Of a DNA stretch of 58,325 bases, positions 8,076-19,421 are shown piece by piece. The DNA is from an uncultured Chthoniobacteraceae bacterium (GTDB lineage Bacteria; Verrucomicrobiota; Verrucomicrobiia; Chthoniobacterales; CAKUMP01), in NCBI GenBank assembly GCA_965365475.1, contig CBDUBV010000004.1, positions 1-58,325 on the forward strand, in the 5' to 3' direction. A program made the translations under genes and the position numbers. Positions within the stretch are counted from its first letter, which is position 1. Every line of letters begins with the position of its first letter. The notes below the pieces were generated by a model, which had not been told where the DNA came from, searched no databases, and saw only the letters and a list, made by a program, of their open reading frames with translations.

Positions 8076-9354
8076 TACAGCCCATTGGCAGTCGCTGGAT
8101 CGTGCGCATTCCTGGCACCCTTTTACCCAGATGCAGGATTGGTGCGCAGGCGATCCCCTCGTGCTCACGCACGGAAATGGGTGCCTGCTTTATGACAGCG
8201 AAGGCAATGGCTACATCGACGGCAACTCGTCCATCTGGACCAATATCCATGGGCATAATCATCCGCACATAAACGCCGCAGTCCGCGCACAGCTTGAGCG
8301 CGTGGCGCATACTTCATTTCTCGGCTTCACGCATCCGGGCGCTGTAGAACTTGCAGGGAGACTCTGCGATGTGTTTCCGGGCTCGGATATGGAGCGTGTG
8401 TTTTTTTCCGATAACGGCTCCACCGCACTCGAAGTCGCGATCAAAATGGCGGTGCAGTTCCGTCAGCTCCGGGGCGAGTCCGAGCGGGTACGGTTCCTTG
8501 CGTTTGCCGACGCGTACCACGGCGATACGATGGGCGCGTCGAGTCTGGGCGGCGTCCCGCTTTTTAATGAACGTTTCGCGGCGCACCAATTCCCGGTGAC
8601 CCACGTCCGCAGCATGGAAGAAGTGTATGCTGTGGAAAATGCGGACTGCATCACCGCCGTGGTCATTGAACCGCTGGTGCAAGGCGTGGCCGGCATGCGA
8701 CCGTGGCCTGCGGGCATGCTGCGCGAATTGCGTGCCTGGTGCGACGCGCAGGGAGTGCTCCTCATTCTCGATGAAGTGCTCACGGGCTTTGGGCGGACAG
8801 GCACGATGTTTGCCTGCCAGCAGGAACAGGTGCTGCCGGATTTTCTTTGCCTCGCCAAAGGTCTCACCGGAGGCTACCTGCCGATGGCCGCAACACTCGT
8901 GCGCAGGCATGTGTTCGATGCGTTTCTGGGCACATTTGCTGAGCAGCGCACCTTTTACTATGGCCATAGCTACACTGCGAATCCGCTGGGCTGCGCGGCT
9001 GCGCTGGCGTCTTTGGATGTGTTTGAAACCGAGCAAACGCTCGCACAGTTGCCGGATAAAATAGAACACATGCGCCGGGTGTTACACAGCATTGATCTGC
9101 CACACGTGGGCACCATCCGGCAGACGGGACTTATTGCTGGGATTCCGTTATTCCAGGATGTCGCCTCGTGCACGCCTTACGATTGGCGCGAGCAGCGAGG
9201 CGCGGCAGTGTGCCTCGCGGCGCGGAGACATGGGCTGCTTACGCGCCCGATCGGCGATGTGCTGGTTCTGCTTCCGCCGCTGGCTGTTTCCAGGGAGGAA
9301 ATCACACACGCGGTTCGGGCTTTGGCTCTGGCAATCGAAGAGGTGTGTGGATGA
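8068..9354 (+). CDS. bioA: Adenosylmethionine-8-amino-7-oxononanoate transaminase
   Basis: WHPFTQM, AYHGDT, LILDEVLTGFGRTG, LAKGLTGGYLP, GHSYTANP; start reset to ATG 8068. Confidence 0.93.
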   Translation: MIDTAHWQSLDRAHSWHPFTQMQDWCAGDPLVLTHGNGCLLYDSEGNGYIDGNSSIWTNIHGHNHPHINAAVRAQLERVAHTSFLGFTHPGAVELAGRLCDVFPGSDMERVFFSDNGSTALEVAIKMAVQFRQLRGESERVRFLAFADAYHGDTMGASSLGGVPLFNERFAAHQFPVTHVRSMEEVYAVENADCITAVVIEPLVQGVAGMRPWPAGMLRELRAWCDAQGVLLILDEVLTGFGRTGTMFACQQEQVLPDFLCLAKGLTGGYLPMAATLVRRHVFDAFLGTFAEQRTFYYGHSYTANPLGCAAALASLDVFETEQTLAQLPDKIEHMRRVLHSIDLPHVGTIRQTGLIAGIPLFQDVASCTPYDWREQRGAAVCLAARRHGLLTRPIGDVLVLLPPLAVSREEITHAVRALALAIEEVCG

Positions 9355-9416
9355 TTTTGTTTTCAGTCATTGAAATGCCCTGCGGCTTATGACATTTCCT
9401 ATCTGCAAATTTCACC

Positions 9417-9704
9417 ATGAGCATTCCTGAACTTGACGTGCGCTACACCGCGAAGCTGGCTAGGCTAAACCTGACCGAAGCCGAGATCGATGGGTTCCAA
9501 GCGCAGCTTGGCAAGGTATTGGAGTATGTGGAGCAATTGCGCAAGGTGGATGTGAGCGGGGTGGAGCCCACGGCGCATGCGGTGGCAGTCGCGAATGTAT
9601 TTCGCTGCGATGAAGCGGCACCTGCTCTCAGCCAGGATGCGGCTTTGGCTAATGCTCCACGCCAAGCCAACGGACTCTTTCTCGTGCCCAAGGTCATCGA
9701 ATAA
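9417..9704 (+). CDS. gatC: Asp/Glu-tRNA amidotransferase subunit C
   Basis: AKLARL...VDVSGVEPTAH...NAP...FLVPKVIE; directly upstream of gatA. Confidence 0.95.
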   Translation: MSIPELDVRYTAKLARLNLTEAEIDGFQAQLGKVLEYVEQLRKVDVSGVEPTAHAVAVANVFRCDEAAPALSQDAALANAPRQANGLFLVPKVIE

Positions 9705-9706
9705 TC

Positions 9707-11158
9707 ATGGAGTTATACCAGCACTCAATTAGTGGTCTGCAAGACGCACTGCGTTCCGGCGAGACCACGCCTTGCGAAGTTCTGCACGCCCTCAACGATC
9801 GCATTCAGTCGGTGGATGGTGAGATCGGTGGCTATGTCCATCTCGACCTGGAGCAGGCACTGGCTGCTGCACGCACTGCGGATGTGTCGCTGCCGCTCGG
9901 GGGCATCCCCATTGCGATTAAAGACGCGATCAATGTGCTGGGACAGCCCACGGGGTGTTCTTCGAAAATGCTTCGCGGCTATACGAGTCCTTACGATGCC
10001 ACAGTGATCGCACGGCTGCGAGCGGCGGGCGCCATCCCATTCGGACGCACGAACATGGATGAATTCGCGATGGGAAGTTCCACGGAGAATTCCGCCATCC
10101 AGCTCACACGCAATCCGTGGGATCGGGATCGCATTCCGGGCGGCTCCAGCGGAGGTTCGGCTGCCGTCGTCGCGGCCCGGGAAGCTTTTGCTGCACTCGG
10201 ATCGGACACCGGCGGCTCGATTCGTCAGCCCGCTGCGCTCTGTGGCTGCGTGGGACTCAAACCCACTTACGGCAGAGTCTCGCGATATGGTTTGGTGGCT
10301 TTCGCATCGTCGCTGGATCAGATCGGTCCCATGACACGCACCGTGCAGGACAGCGCGCGTGTGCTGCAAGCCATCTCGGGCCGCGATCCGTACGATTCGA
10401 CTTCGCTCGACGCTGCGGTTCCCGATTTTTCCGAGCATCTGGGCCGTGAGATTCGTGGGAAGCGCATCGCCATGCCGAAGGAATATTTCGCCGGCGGAAT
10501 CGACCCGCAGGTGGATGCGGCAGTGCGCAAAGCCATCGCGCAGTTGGAATCGCTTGGCGCCGAGATCGTGGAAGTATCGTTGCCGCATACAGAATATGCC
10601 GTCGCCGTGTACTACATCATCGCCACAGCGGAAGCTTCTGCCAACCTCGCCCGCTTCGACGGTGTGCGCTACGGTCATCGCGCCGAGTCTGCGCAGGATT
10701 TGCTGGACCAATACGGGCGCAGCCGCGAGGAGGGATTCGGCGCGGAAGTAAAGCGGCGCATTCTGCTTGGCACCTACGTGCTCAGCTCGGGGTACTACGA
10801 TGCAAACTACTTGCGCGCACAGAAAGTTCGGACGCTCATACGACAGGATTTTCAAAAGGCATTCGCCGATGTGGATGCGTTGGTGTGCCCCACTTCGCCA
10901 GGACCGGCATTTAAGATTGGCGAGCGCACGGCAGACCCGCTGCAGATGTATCTCGCAGATATTTTTACGATTGCCACCAATCTGGCAGGCAACTGCGGCA
11001 TCAGCATCCCATGCGGCTTCGCAGAGACGGCCGGGCATCGGCTGCCGATCGGTTTGCAAATCCTGGGTAAACCGATGGATGAGGCTACCTTATTGCAGAT
11101 TGCGCATGCTTATGAGCAGAGCACGGAGTGGCATCTAAAAATGCCAGAAGGGTTTTAG
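9707..11158 (+). CDS. gatA: Asp/Glu-tRNA amidotransferase subunit A
   Basis: Amidase signature GGSSGGSAA, SDTGGSIRQPA; NLARFDGVRYG; EVKRRILLGTYVLSSGYYD. Confidence 0.97.
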   Translation: MELYQHSISGLQDALRSGETTPCEVLHALNDRIQSVDGEIGGYVHLDLEQALAAARTADVSLPLGGIPIAIKDAINVLGQPTGCSSKMLRGYTSPYDATVIARLRAAGAIPFGRTNMDEFAMGSSTENSAIQLTRNPWDRDRIPGGSSGGSAAVVAAREAFAALGSDTGGSIRQPAALCGCVGLKPTYGRVSRYGLVAFASSLDQIGPMTRTVQDSARVLQAISGRDPYDSTSLDAAVPDFSEHLGREIRGKRIAMPKEYFAGGIDPQVDAAVRKAIAQLESLGAEIVEVSLPHTEYAVAVYYIIATAEASANLARFDGVRYGHRAESAQDLLDQYGRSREEGFGAEVKRRILLGTYVLSSGYYDANYLRAQKVRTLIRQDFQKAFADVDALVCPTSPGPAFKIGERTADPLQMYLADIFTIATNLAGNCGISIPCGFAETAGHRLPIGLQILGKPMDEATLLQIAHAYEQSTEWHLKMPEGF

Positions 11159-11300
11159 GCTTAGCGTTTTGAGCAAGGCGTGCACGTGGATGATGAAAAA
11201 TATAGGGGAAGAAGATTGCTCACCTCCGAAGCTTCTGAGTAATGATTGACCACCCACACAGCTTAAATCTCCTTCGCAACATCACCGGCCTCGGCCAGCC

Positions 11301-14063
11301 ATGAGCAACTTTACCATCAGCTTACAGAACGCGGAACTCCTCGATTGCGAATACCAACGCTGGCGTAAAGACCCAGGCTCGGTCGATCCGCAGTGGCGCG
11401 CTTTTTTCGAGGGCTTCGAGCTGGGTTGCGTGCATCAACAACGACGCGACACCAAAGCACTTTCCAACTCATCGGCATCTGGTGAGTCGAAGGATTTCAA
11501 CTCCGACTTTCAACGGGCCATCGATCTGCTCATTTACGGCTACCGCGACCTGGGCCACACCATTGCCAGGCTGGACCCGCTGCGGATCGACCGCCCGGTG
11601 CAGCCACTGCTGGCGCTTTCGGAATATGGGTTGTCGGATGCCGATCTGGAACGAGAAGTTTCCTCCAAATACTATCTGCGCGGCAGGAAGATGAAACTGC
11701 GCGACATGATCGCTTCGTTGCGGAAGATGTATTGTTCTTCGCTCGGTTCGCAATTTATGCACATCCAGGATCGCCACGTGCGCAACTGGCTTCGTGAGCG
11801 CATAGAAGGTTTGCCCGATGAAGTGGATGTCCCTGCCAAGGACAAAGGCAAAGTGTTGCGGGTGCTCATGGAAGCGGAATCCTTCGAGACATTTCTGCAT
11901 ACGAAATATGTTGGGCAAAAGAGGTTCTCGCTTGAAGGCGGTGAGTCATTGATGGTCATACTGGACACCATCCTGCAACGCTGCCCGGAGAATCATGTGA
12001 AAGAAATCGTCATGGGCATGGCGCATCGCGGGCGGCTCACTGTGCTGGCCAATTTCCTGGGCAAAGGCCTCGACATCATCTTCAACGAGTTCTCCGAAAA
12101 CTACGTTCCGAATCTCGTCGGCGGCGATGGCGATGTGAAATATCACTTGGGCTACATCGCAGACCGCAGGACTGACTCCGGGCAGGATGTGAACATCCGC
12201 CTCGCTGCCAATCCATCGCACCTGGAAGCGGTGAACCCGGTGGTGCAAGGCAAAGCGCGGGCGAGACAACGCATTTTAAAAGACACAGAGAAACGCAAGA
12301 AGGTGTTGCCGTTGCTGATCCATGGCGACGCGGCGTTTGCGGGCCAAGGCATCGTGGCGGAAGTGCTGAATATGTCGCAGCTCCCGGGTTACCAGACCGG
12401 TGGCACCGTGCACATCATCGTGAATAACCAGATCGGGTTCACCACGTTGCCCGCCGACGCTCGCTCGACGATGTATGCGACGGACGTAGCTAAAATGATC
12501 GAAGCTCCGATCTTCCACGTAAATGGTGATGATCCGCTTATGGTAAAAATGATTACCGAGGTTGCTTTTGATTTTCGGCAACAATTCGGGCGCGACGTCG
12601 TCATCGATCTTTATTGCTACCGTCGTCATGGACACAATGAGGGCGATGAGCCGAGCTTCACGCTGCCCAGACTTTATAATCTCATCCAGAACCATCCTTC
12701 TCCTGCGCAAATTTTTAAGCGCCGCCTTGTGGAATCGGGCGTAATGAGCCAGGCCGACGCAGAAGCACTCGATGACGAGTATCAGCAAAATCTCGAGCGC
12801 ACACTCACCGACGTGCGCAGCATGGAGGAAGAACGCAAAGAGATGGAGCACGGCGGATTTGCAGAATCCACTGCGATATTTCAGCCGCCATATTCGCACG
12901 AGCCCGTACTCACCGCGATCAATCGCGACACGCTGAGCACCATCGTGCATGCGCTGACCACCACCCCCGAGACCTTCAATGTGCAGCCGAAAATTCGGCG
13001 CATTTTGCTGGACCGCAGGGCACGCGCGTATGAGGAGGGCGGCCCCTACGATTGGTCTTTTGCTGAAGCGCTTGCGTTTGGTTCATTGATGCTGGAAGGG
13101 ACTTCCGTCCGGCTCTCCGGGCAGGACAGCCGACGCGGCACCTTCAGCCAGCGTCACTCTGTGCTCTACGATGCAGAGACGCGCGAACGCTACATCCCGC
13201 TGCGTCATCTCGGGCCGGACCAGGCAAGTTTCTGCGTGTACAACAGCTTGCTTTCGGAGGCTGCTGTGCTGGGCTTCGACTATGGCTACTCGATGGACTA
13301 CCCCACGATGCTGTGTCTGTGGGAAGCGCAGTTTGGAGATTTTGCCAACGGCGCGCAGGTGATCATCGATCAATTCATCGCGTCTTCGGAAAGCAAATGG
13401 CAGCGGCCAAGTGGGATCGTCATGTTGCTTCCTCACGGCTATGAGGGCCAGGGCCCCGAGCACTCCAGCGCCAGAGTGGAACGTTTTCTCCAGCTCTGCG
13501 CCGAGGAAAACATGCAGGTCTGCATCCCCTCCACGCCTGCCCAGTATTTTCATCTTTTACGTCGGCAGATGCATCGGAAATTCCGCAAACCCCTCATCAT
13601 CATGACTCCGAAGAGTCTGTTGCGGTCCGAGTTGTGCGTATCGCGCGAAGAAGATTTTACGGCAGGCTATTTCCAGGATGTTCTGGATTCCCCGCATCCC
13701 GATGGACACATCAAACGGGTTATTTTTTGCTCAGGCAAAATTTATTACGATCTGTTGCAGTATCGCACCGCGCGCAACATCACCGATGTCGGACTTATCC
13801 GACTCGAGCAGATTTATCCTCTGAATGAAGTCCAGCTCTTGCAGGTGGTCACCGGCTATCCGGAGATGGAGCGCGTAGTCTGGTGTCAGGAGGAGCCGCA
13901 GAATATGGGTGCATGGAATCATATTGGGCTCCCACTCAGTGCGCTGCTGGACCGGGAGATACATTACGCGGGTCGCTCTGCGAGCCCTGCTCCAGCGGGA
14001 GGCTCGCTGGCGATGCATAAAAAGAGGCAACGCAAAGTGGTCGAGGAAGCGTTTAATATTTAA
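11301..14063 (+). CDS. sucA: 2-oxoglutarate dehydrogenase E1
   Basis: [33 protein letters not shown] (TPP), [21 protein letters not shown]. Confidence 0.97.
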   Translation: MSNFTISLQNAELLDCEYQRWRKDPGSVDPQWRAFFEGFELGCVHQQRRDTKALSNSSASGESKDFNSDFQRAIDLLIYGYRDLGHTIARLDPLRIDRPVQPLLALSEYGLSDADLEREVSSKYYLRGRKMKLRDMIASLRKMYCSSLGSQFMHIQDRHVRNWLRERIEGLPDEVDVPAKDKGKVLRVLMEAESFETFLHTKYVGQKRFSLEGGESLMVILDTILQRCPENHVKEIVMGMAHRGRLTVLANFLGKGLDIIFNEFSENYVPNLVGGDGDVKYHLGYIADRRTDSGQDVNIRLAANPSHLEAVNPVVQGKARARQRILKDTEKRKKVLPLLIHGDAAFAGQGIVAEVLNMSQLPGYQTGGTVHIIVNNQIGFTTLPADARSTMYATDVAKMIEAPIFHVNGDDPLMVKMITEVAFDFRQQFGRDVVIDLYCYRRHGHNEGDEPSFTLPRLYNLIQNHPSPAQIFKRRLVESGVMSQADAEALDDEYQQNLERTLTDVRSMEEERKEMEHGGFAESTAIFQPPYSHEPVLTAINRDTLSTIVHALTTTPETFNVQPKIRRILLDRRARAYEEGGPYDWSFAEALAFGSLMLEGTSVRLSGQDSRRGTFSQRHSVLYDAETRERYIPLRHLGPDQASFCVYNSLLSEAAVLGFDYGYSMDYPTMLCLWEAQFGDFANGAQVIIDQFIASSESKWQRPSGIVMLLPHGYEGQGPEHSSARVERFLQLCAEENMQVCIPSTPAQYFHLLRRQMHRKFRKPLIIMTPKSLLRSELCVSREEDFTAGYFQDVLDSPHPDGHIKRVIFCSGKIYYDLLQYRTARNITDVGLIRLEQIYPLNEVQLLQVVTGYPEMERVVWCQEEPQNMGAWNHIGLPLSALLDREIHYAGRSASPAPAGGSLAMHKKRQRKVVEEAFNI

Positions 14064-14074
14064 AATCAGAATTT

Positions 14075-15430
14075 ATGAAAATGGATGTAAAAATACCTTC
14101 CGTGGGAGAATCGATTTCCAGCGGGATCATTTCAGTCTGGAACCGGAAGAATGGTGACCGCGTCAAGAAAGGCGATACGCTTCTCACTTTGGAGACCGAC
14201 AAGGTCACCACGGAGATCGCTGCGGAAGCGGATGGCATCCTGGATATTCATGTGGAAGAAGGCCGAGAAGTTAAGATCGGCGAAGTCGTGGCGTCGTTGC
14301 TGCCTGCGGAAGAGCAAGCTCCCGAACAGCCTGCGGAGACGCCCGCATCCTTTGCTCCGCCCCAAGGTCCGCCCGTGGGCCCTCCACGCACGGAACCAGT
14401 TTCCACACCACCACCTCCCCCACCCTCCAAACCTACGGAGCAATCTGAGGAATCGGCTGCACCGCGCATCCTCTCGCCCGCAGCCAGACGCCTTAGCGAA
14501 GAAGAAAAAGTGGAGCCCTCGCAAGTCGAGCCCACCGGACCAGGAGGCCGCATCACCAAGGAAGACGTGATGGCTTTCCTGCAATCCCGCGCACAGGACA
14601 AAGACCAATCCACGCAGGAGGCACCCGCACAGACCGAGGAGGCCGACGCTGAAGTTGTTACATCCACACAGACGCCTGCTTCGCCTGACGCCACAGCCAT
14701 GGTGCCAGCCACGCAGGTTACCGAAAGCCATACCGAAGCCATCACGACACGCAAACGTCTTTCCCCACTGCGTCGCAAGATCGCAGAACAGCTCGTCCGC
14801 GCCCAGCAGGACGCCGCGCTGCTAACTACTTTCAACGAGTGCGATCTCACGCAGATCAAAGCGGTCCGCGAAGGCATGCAGGAAAGTTTTCAGAAACGGC
14901 ATGGCGTCAAGTTGGGTTTCATGTCGTTCTTTGTAAAAGCCGTAGTGAATGCCTTGCAGGAAATGCCCGCGCTTAACGGGCGCATCGACGGCGAAGATTT
15001 TGTGCAAAATCATTTTTACGATATCGGTGTGGCCGTCGGCACAGACCGGGGGCTCATGGTGCCGGTGATCCGCGCGGCAGACCGCAAAAGTTTTGGAGAA
15101 GTCGAGAAAGCTCTTGCTGACTATGCTGTCAAAGCCAGAGAAGGCAAAATCACTCTCGATGATTTGCAAGGTGGCGTGTTCACCATTTCCAATGGCGGCG
15201 TCTATGGGTCGCTGCTCAGCACTCCGATTGTGAACCCGCCGCAGAGCGGTATCCTGGGCATGCATAAAATTCAGGACCGTGCCGTGGTCATCGATGGCGA
15301 GGTCGTGGTGCGACCTATGATGTATCTCGCGCTGACTTACGATCACCGAGTGGTGGATGGGAAAGAAGCGGTCACGTTTCTGGTGAAAGTAAAAGAAGGA
15401 CTCGAGGACCCCATGTCGCTGCTGCTCTGA
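14075..15430 (+). CDS. sucB: Dihydrolipoyllysine succinyltransferase (E2)
   Basis: Lipoyl domain ETDKV, E3-binding domain (SPAARRL...[11 protein letters not shown]), catalytic DHRVVDG. Confidence 0.96.
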   Translation: MKMDVKIPSVGESISSGIISVWNRKNGDRVKKGDTLLTLETDKVTTEIAAEADGILDIHVEEGREVKIGEVVASLLPAEEQAPEQPAETPASFAPPQGPPVGPPRTEPVSTPPPPPPSKPTEQSEESAAPRILSPAARRLSEEEKVEPSQVEPTGPGGRITKEDVMAFLQSRAQDKDQSTQEAPAQTEEADAEVVTSTQTPASPDATAMVPATQVTESHTEAITTRKRLSPLRRKIAEQLVRAQQDAALLTTFNECDLTQIKAVREGMQESFQKRHGVKLGFMSFFVKAVVNALQEMPALNGRIDGEDFVQNHFYDIGVAVGTDRGLMVPVIRAADRKSFGEVEKALADYAVKAREGKITLDDLQGGVFTISNGGVYGSLLSTPIVNPPQSGILGMHKIQDRAVVIDGEVVVRPMMYLALTYDHRVVDGKEAVTFLVKVKEGLEDPMSLLL

Positions 15431-15637
15431 GCCGGGCGATAACCGACGGTGGTATCGACCTTTAGCGAGTTCGCTGGGGTTGCGCGATGCCAGACCTATG
15501 AATGCGTCTGGAGGAACATGCAACAAGTTCACCAAACTTGCACGACCCAACGATGCATCCGACAAACAGGACTTTCCAATTTACCTATTGCCATCCTACA
15601 ACTGCTGCCTAGAGTTTCGCGCATCTGCAAAGCAACC

Positions 15638-16585
15638 ATGCATCTACTCCGCATTTTATACTGTTTATCGACCGTCCTTTTTATCAGCGCAACTTCCACG
15701 CACGCCCAGTCCGCTGCTGCATATATCGTAGTGGACGATCATACCGGCCACATTCTGGATGCGGCCAACGCCACGGACAAACTACAGATTGCCAGCCTCA
15801 CCAAAGTCGCCATGGCCCTGGTGGTCCTCGACTGGGCTGAGTTGCAAAAAGAAGACTTGTCCCGCCTGGCAACCATCTCGCCAGAAGCCATGCAGCAAGG
15901 CGAGATCAACCCACTCGGGCTCCAGCCGGGCGATCAAATCAGTCTGCGCGACGCGTTGTATGCTGCTCTGCTTCAATCGGACAACATCGCTGCGCATACG
16001 CTGGCCGAGCATGTCGGGCGCGCACTCTACGAGTTGAGCCCGCCCAAGGTGCAAAAGCTCGGGCCAGTCGGTGTGTTCGTAGCTCAGATGAATGCGCTTG
16101 CCACGCGTCTCCATATGAAGCGCACCTTATTTCTCAACCCACATGGGCTGGATTCCACCGAGCGCAAGCCGCCGTATTCCACCGCAGCGGACATGGCACG
16201 TCTCACCCGCTATGCGATGAAAAAAAGCGGGTTCCGTTTTTACGTCAGTCAGCAACAACGCCCGATCACCATCCTCACTCCGGCGGGCCAGCGCACATTT
16301 GTATGCGTCAACACGAACGAACTTCTGGGCACCAATGACATCGACGGTGTGAAGACTGGCCGCACGCGTCGCGCTGGAGATTGCCTCATACTCTCCGCTG
16401 CGCGAACACCGGAGTCCCGCAAGGAGGGCGACACTTTCTATGTGACTCCGCGTCGGCTCACCGTGGTGGTGCTTGGCGCTCAAAACCGTTTTCCTGTGGC
16501 TCTTTCGCTGCTAAATCGCGGCTGGCAGATTTACGATCAATGGACATCTCAGGGGCGTCCTCTGGACCCTGATAGCACGCTGTGA
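15638..16585 (+). CDS. D-alanyl-D-alanine carboxypeptidase family protein (peptidase S11)
   Basis: Signal peptide; SxxK (ASLTK), SDN and KTG motifs, NPHGLD; start reset to ATG 15638. Confidence 0.9.
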   Translation: MHLLRILYCLSTVLFISATSTHAQSAAAYIVVDDHTGHILDAANATDKLQIASLTKVAMALVVLDWAELQKEDLSRLATISPEAMQQGEINPLGLQPGDQISLRDALYAALLQSDNIAAHTLAEHVGRALYELSPPKVQKLGPVGVFVAQMNALATRLHMKRTLFLNPHGLDSTERKPPYSTAADMARLTRYAMKKSGFRFYVSQQQRPITILTPAGQRTFVCVNTNELLGTNDIDGVKTGRTRRAGDCLILSAARTPESRKEGDTFYVTPRRLTVVVLGAQNRFPVALSLLNRGWQIYDQWTSQGRPLDPDSTL

Positions 16586-16592
16586 GTCTGGC

Positions 16593-17672
16593 ATGAGTAA
16601 AAGACGCATTGGCATTCTCACCAGCGGTGGCGATTGCCCGGGCCTCAACGCAGTATTACGTGGTGCTGTGCGAGCAGCAGAAGAAGCAGGGATGGAAGTG
16701 ATTGGATTTCTGGAGGGCTTCGAAGGGCTGCTCAACGGCGGCAGCTACCTCGTCCTGGATCGCGCACGCACAGCGGGCATCATGCATCTTGGCGGCACTA
16801 TTCTGGGCACCACAAATAAAGGCCGGTTCGGATCGAAGAAGCGCGGGGGTAGTCGCGGCTCGCAAGGGTTGGATGTGTTCGATGACGCCAGCCGCACCTT
16901 GCAGCAGCTCGGCATTGAAGCGCTGATCACGGTAGGCGGCGATGGTTCGCTTTCCACCTCATTGCAAATGTTCCGGGCAGGATTCCCGGTAGTTGGTGTT
17001 CCCAAGACCATCGATAATGACTTGCAAGCCACTGCCAAGACTTTCGGCTTCGACTCCGCAGTCGCCTGTGTGGCCGAAGCTCTGGATCGACTGCACACGA
17101 CTGCGACGAGCCACCGGCGAATCATGGTGCTGGAGGTCATGGGACGCCATGCCGGGTGGATCGCGCTTCACGGCGGACTGGCTGGCGGTGGGGACATTAT
17201 TCTGATTCCGGAAATTCCTTTTACCTTCGAAGCGATCATGCGTTGCATCGAGCAACGCGAGCGCATTGGTTGCACCAGCCACATGGTGGTGGTGGCGGAA
17301 GGAGCTTCTCCTGCAAATATGCGCCAGCAAACAGTCACTACCAGCACAGGTGATCATCGCCTGGGCGGCATCGGCGAACTCGTAGCCCGTGAGATTGGCA
17401 AACGCACCTCGCGCGAAGTGCGTTCGTGCGTGCTCGGGCACATGCAACGCGGCGGAGCACCCACCACGCTGGATCGCATCCTCGGCACACGCTTCGGAGT
17501 TCACGCGGTGCAACTTGTCCGCGACGGCAAGTTCGGCATGATGGTGAGTTACGATAATTATCTTATCAAAGAAGTCCCTCTTGCCAATGCAGTGCATCGC
17601 ATCCGGCGAATACAACGCGATGATCAGATGATTGCAACGGCACGCAATGTTGGCATTTCCTTTGGAGACTGA
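16593..17672 (+). CDS. pfkA: 6-phosphofructokinase
   Basis: TSGGDCPGLNAV, GGTILGT, GGDGS, PKTIDND, EVMGRHAGW, LGHMQRGG. Confidence 0.93.
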   Translation: MSKRRIGILTSGGDCPGLNAVLRGAVRAAEEAGMEVIGFLEGFEGLLNGGSYLVLDRARTAGIMHLGGTILGTTNKGRFGSKKRGGSRGSQGLDVFDDASRTLQQLGIEALITVGGDGSLSTSLQMFRAGFPVVGVPKTIDNDLQATAKTFGFDSAVACVAEALDRLHTTATSHRRIMVLEVMGRHAGWIALHGGLAGGGDIILIPEIPFTFEAIMRCIEQRERIGCTSHMVVVAEGASPANMRQQTVTTSTGDHRLGGIGELVAREIGKRTSREVRSCVLGHMQRGGAPTTLDRILGTRFGVHAVQLVRDGKFGMMVSYDNYLIKEVPLANAVHRIRRIQRDDQMIATARNVGISFGD

Positions 17673-17701
17673 TAGTAATCCACCGCTCACACTTTTCACT
17701 T

Positions 17702-18181
17702 ATGGATGCCCTACTTGATCTGCTTACTAAAAATGCACGCACCCCCGCAGCGGACCTTGCGCGTCTGCTTGCGATCCCCGTCGAAGAAGTCGAGGCCCGG
17801 ATGCGCGAACTCGAATCGGATAGAACCATTCTCGGCTATCAAGCCATCCTGGATCCGGAGAAAAGTCGGCATGGCGAAGTAACCGCAGTGATCGAAGTGC
17901 GCATCACGCCTGAGCGCGGCGGTGGCTTCGATCGGCTCGCAAGTCGCATCGCGCGTTTTGATCAGGTGCTTAGCTGCTACCTCATGAGTGGGGGTTATGA
18001 TCTGCTCGTAGTCGTGCAGGGGTCCGATCTGCGAGAGATCGCGCGGTTTGTTGCGGAGAAACTCAGCAGCATCGAGGGCGTGCTATCGACAGCGACGCAT
18101 TTCCGCCTCAGAGCATATAAAGAGAATGGTCTCATGCTGGCGAGCGATGGTGAAAGCAAGCGGCTTGCTGTCTCTCCCTGA
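17702..18181 (+). CDS. Lrp/AsnC-family transcriptional regulator
   Basis: N-terminal HTH and C-terminal RAM domain (YLMSGGYDL...STATHF); precedes an aminotransferase. Confidence 0.9.
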   Translation: MDALLDLLTKNARTPAADLARLLAIPVEEVEARMRELESDRTILGYQAILDPEKSRHGEVTAVIEVRITPERGGGFDRLASRIARFDQVLSCYLMSGGYDLLVVVQGSDLREIARFVAEKLSSIEGVLSTATHFRLRAYKENGLMLASDGESKRLAVSP

Positions 18182-18254
18182 GCCGGTGCCCACTTTTCGC
18201 ACACCGCAGATTACAGGCACATAGCCGACAGGTGAAATTTCAAACAAACTTTTT

Positions 18255-19421
18255 GTGAGCACATCCCGCTACATCGCACGTCACGTGCAAGAAATTCCGC
18301 GTTCCGGAATTCGTGATTTTTTTGAGGTCGTTCAGACCATGGCCGACGTGATTTCGCTTGGCATCGGGGAGCCCGATTTTGTCACGCCCTGGCATATTCG
18401 CGAGGCTGCCATTTATTCATTGGAAAAAGGGCACACCGGTTACACTTCGAATCTTGGGTTGCCCAAGTTGAGGCGTTCCATCACCCGCTACCTCGCTCAC
18501 CGATATGGGCTTTCCTACGATCCACTGAGCGAAGTACTTATCGCAGTCGGAGTCTCCGAAGCCATCGATATCGCATTGCGCGCACTGCTCAACCCAGGCG
18601 ATGAAGTGCTGTATCACGAGCCATGTTACGTATCCTACAGCCCGAGCATTATCCTCGCACAGGGGGTTCCTGTGGCCATTCCTACGCGGGAGGCGGATGC
18701 TTTTTCGCTTACTGCTGCAGCGCTCGAGTCGCGCATCACGCCACGCTCGCGTGTGCTCATGCTGAACTTCCCCACCAATCCCACGGGGGCGACTCTGGAG
18801 GGCGAAGAGCTGCGCAAGATCGCCGAATTGTGCGTGCGCCACGATCTGGTCGTGCTCAGCGATGAGATCTATTGCGAGATTATTTACGACGGCACGACGC
18901 ACACTTCCATCGCTTCGTTGCCCGGCATGCGGGAACGCACCATTTATCTCAACGGCATGTCGAAGGCATATGCGATGACCGGGTTTCGCATCGGATATGC
19001 TTGTGCGCCGGCACCTTTTATCGAGGCCATGATGAAAATTCATCAATACAGCATCCTATGCGCTCCGATTCTTGGCCAGGATGCGGCGATCGAGGCGCTG
19101 GATAGCGGTGCACCTTCTGTCGAACATATGCGCGGCGAGTATGAGCAGAGACGGAATTTTATCGTGGATGCGCTCAACGACATGGGGCTTCCCTGCCTCA
19201 AGCCCAAGGGATCATTTTACGTTTTCCCGAGGGTCAATGGCACAGGGCGAACCAGCTCAGAGTTTGCCTTGCGACTTTTGCACGAGCACAAGGTTGCGGT
19301 CGTGCCTGGTAGTGCATTTGGCCCTGGGGGTGAAGGCTATGTGCGGTGCAGCTATGCCACGGGGCTAGCGCAGATTCAGTCGGCGATGGAAATCATGCGG
19401 GAGTATGTGAAGAGCTTGTAA
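18255..19421 (+). CDS. PLP-dependent aminotransferase class I/II
   Basis: SLGIGEPDF, PTNPTG, SDEIY, SKAYAMTGFRIGY. Confidence 0.93.
   Translation: MSTSRYIARHVQEIPRSGIRDFFEVVQTMADVISLGIGEPDFVTPWHIREAAIYSLEKGHTGYTSNLGLPKLRRSITRYLAHRYGLSYDPLSEVLIAVGVSEAIDIALRALLNPGDEVLYHEPCYVSYSPSIILAQGVPVAIPTREADAFSLTAAALESRITPRSRVLMLNFPTNPTGATLEGEELRKIAELCVRHDLVVLSDEIYCEIIYDGTTHTSIASLPGMRERTIYLNGMSKAYAMTGFRIGYACAPAPFIEAMMKIHQYSILCAPILGQDAAIEALDSGAPSVEHMRGEYEQRRNFIVDALNDMGLPCLKPKGSFYVFPRVNGTGRTSSEFALRLLHEHKVAVVPGSAFGPGGEGYVRCSYATGLAQIQSAMEIMREYVKSL

Noticed and set aside
9725-11059. 444-aa minus-strand ORF
   Set aside because: Antisense to gatA; no recognisable domain.
11159-11300. Possible cis-regulatory RNA upstream of sucA
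   Set aside because: No convincing stem-loop or known motif recognisable by eye; would need a covariance-model search.
14300-14740. Pro/Ala/Thr/Glu-rich low-complexity segments in sucB
   Set aside because: Normal flexible linkers of E2 subunits, not an insertion or repeat element.
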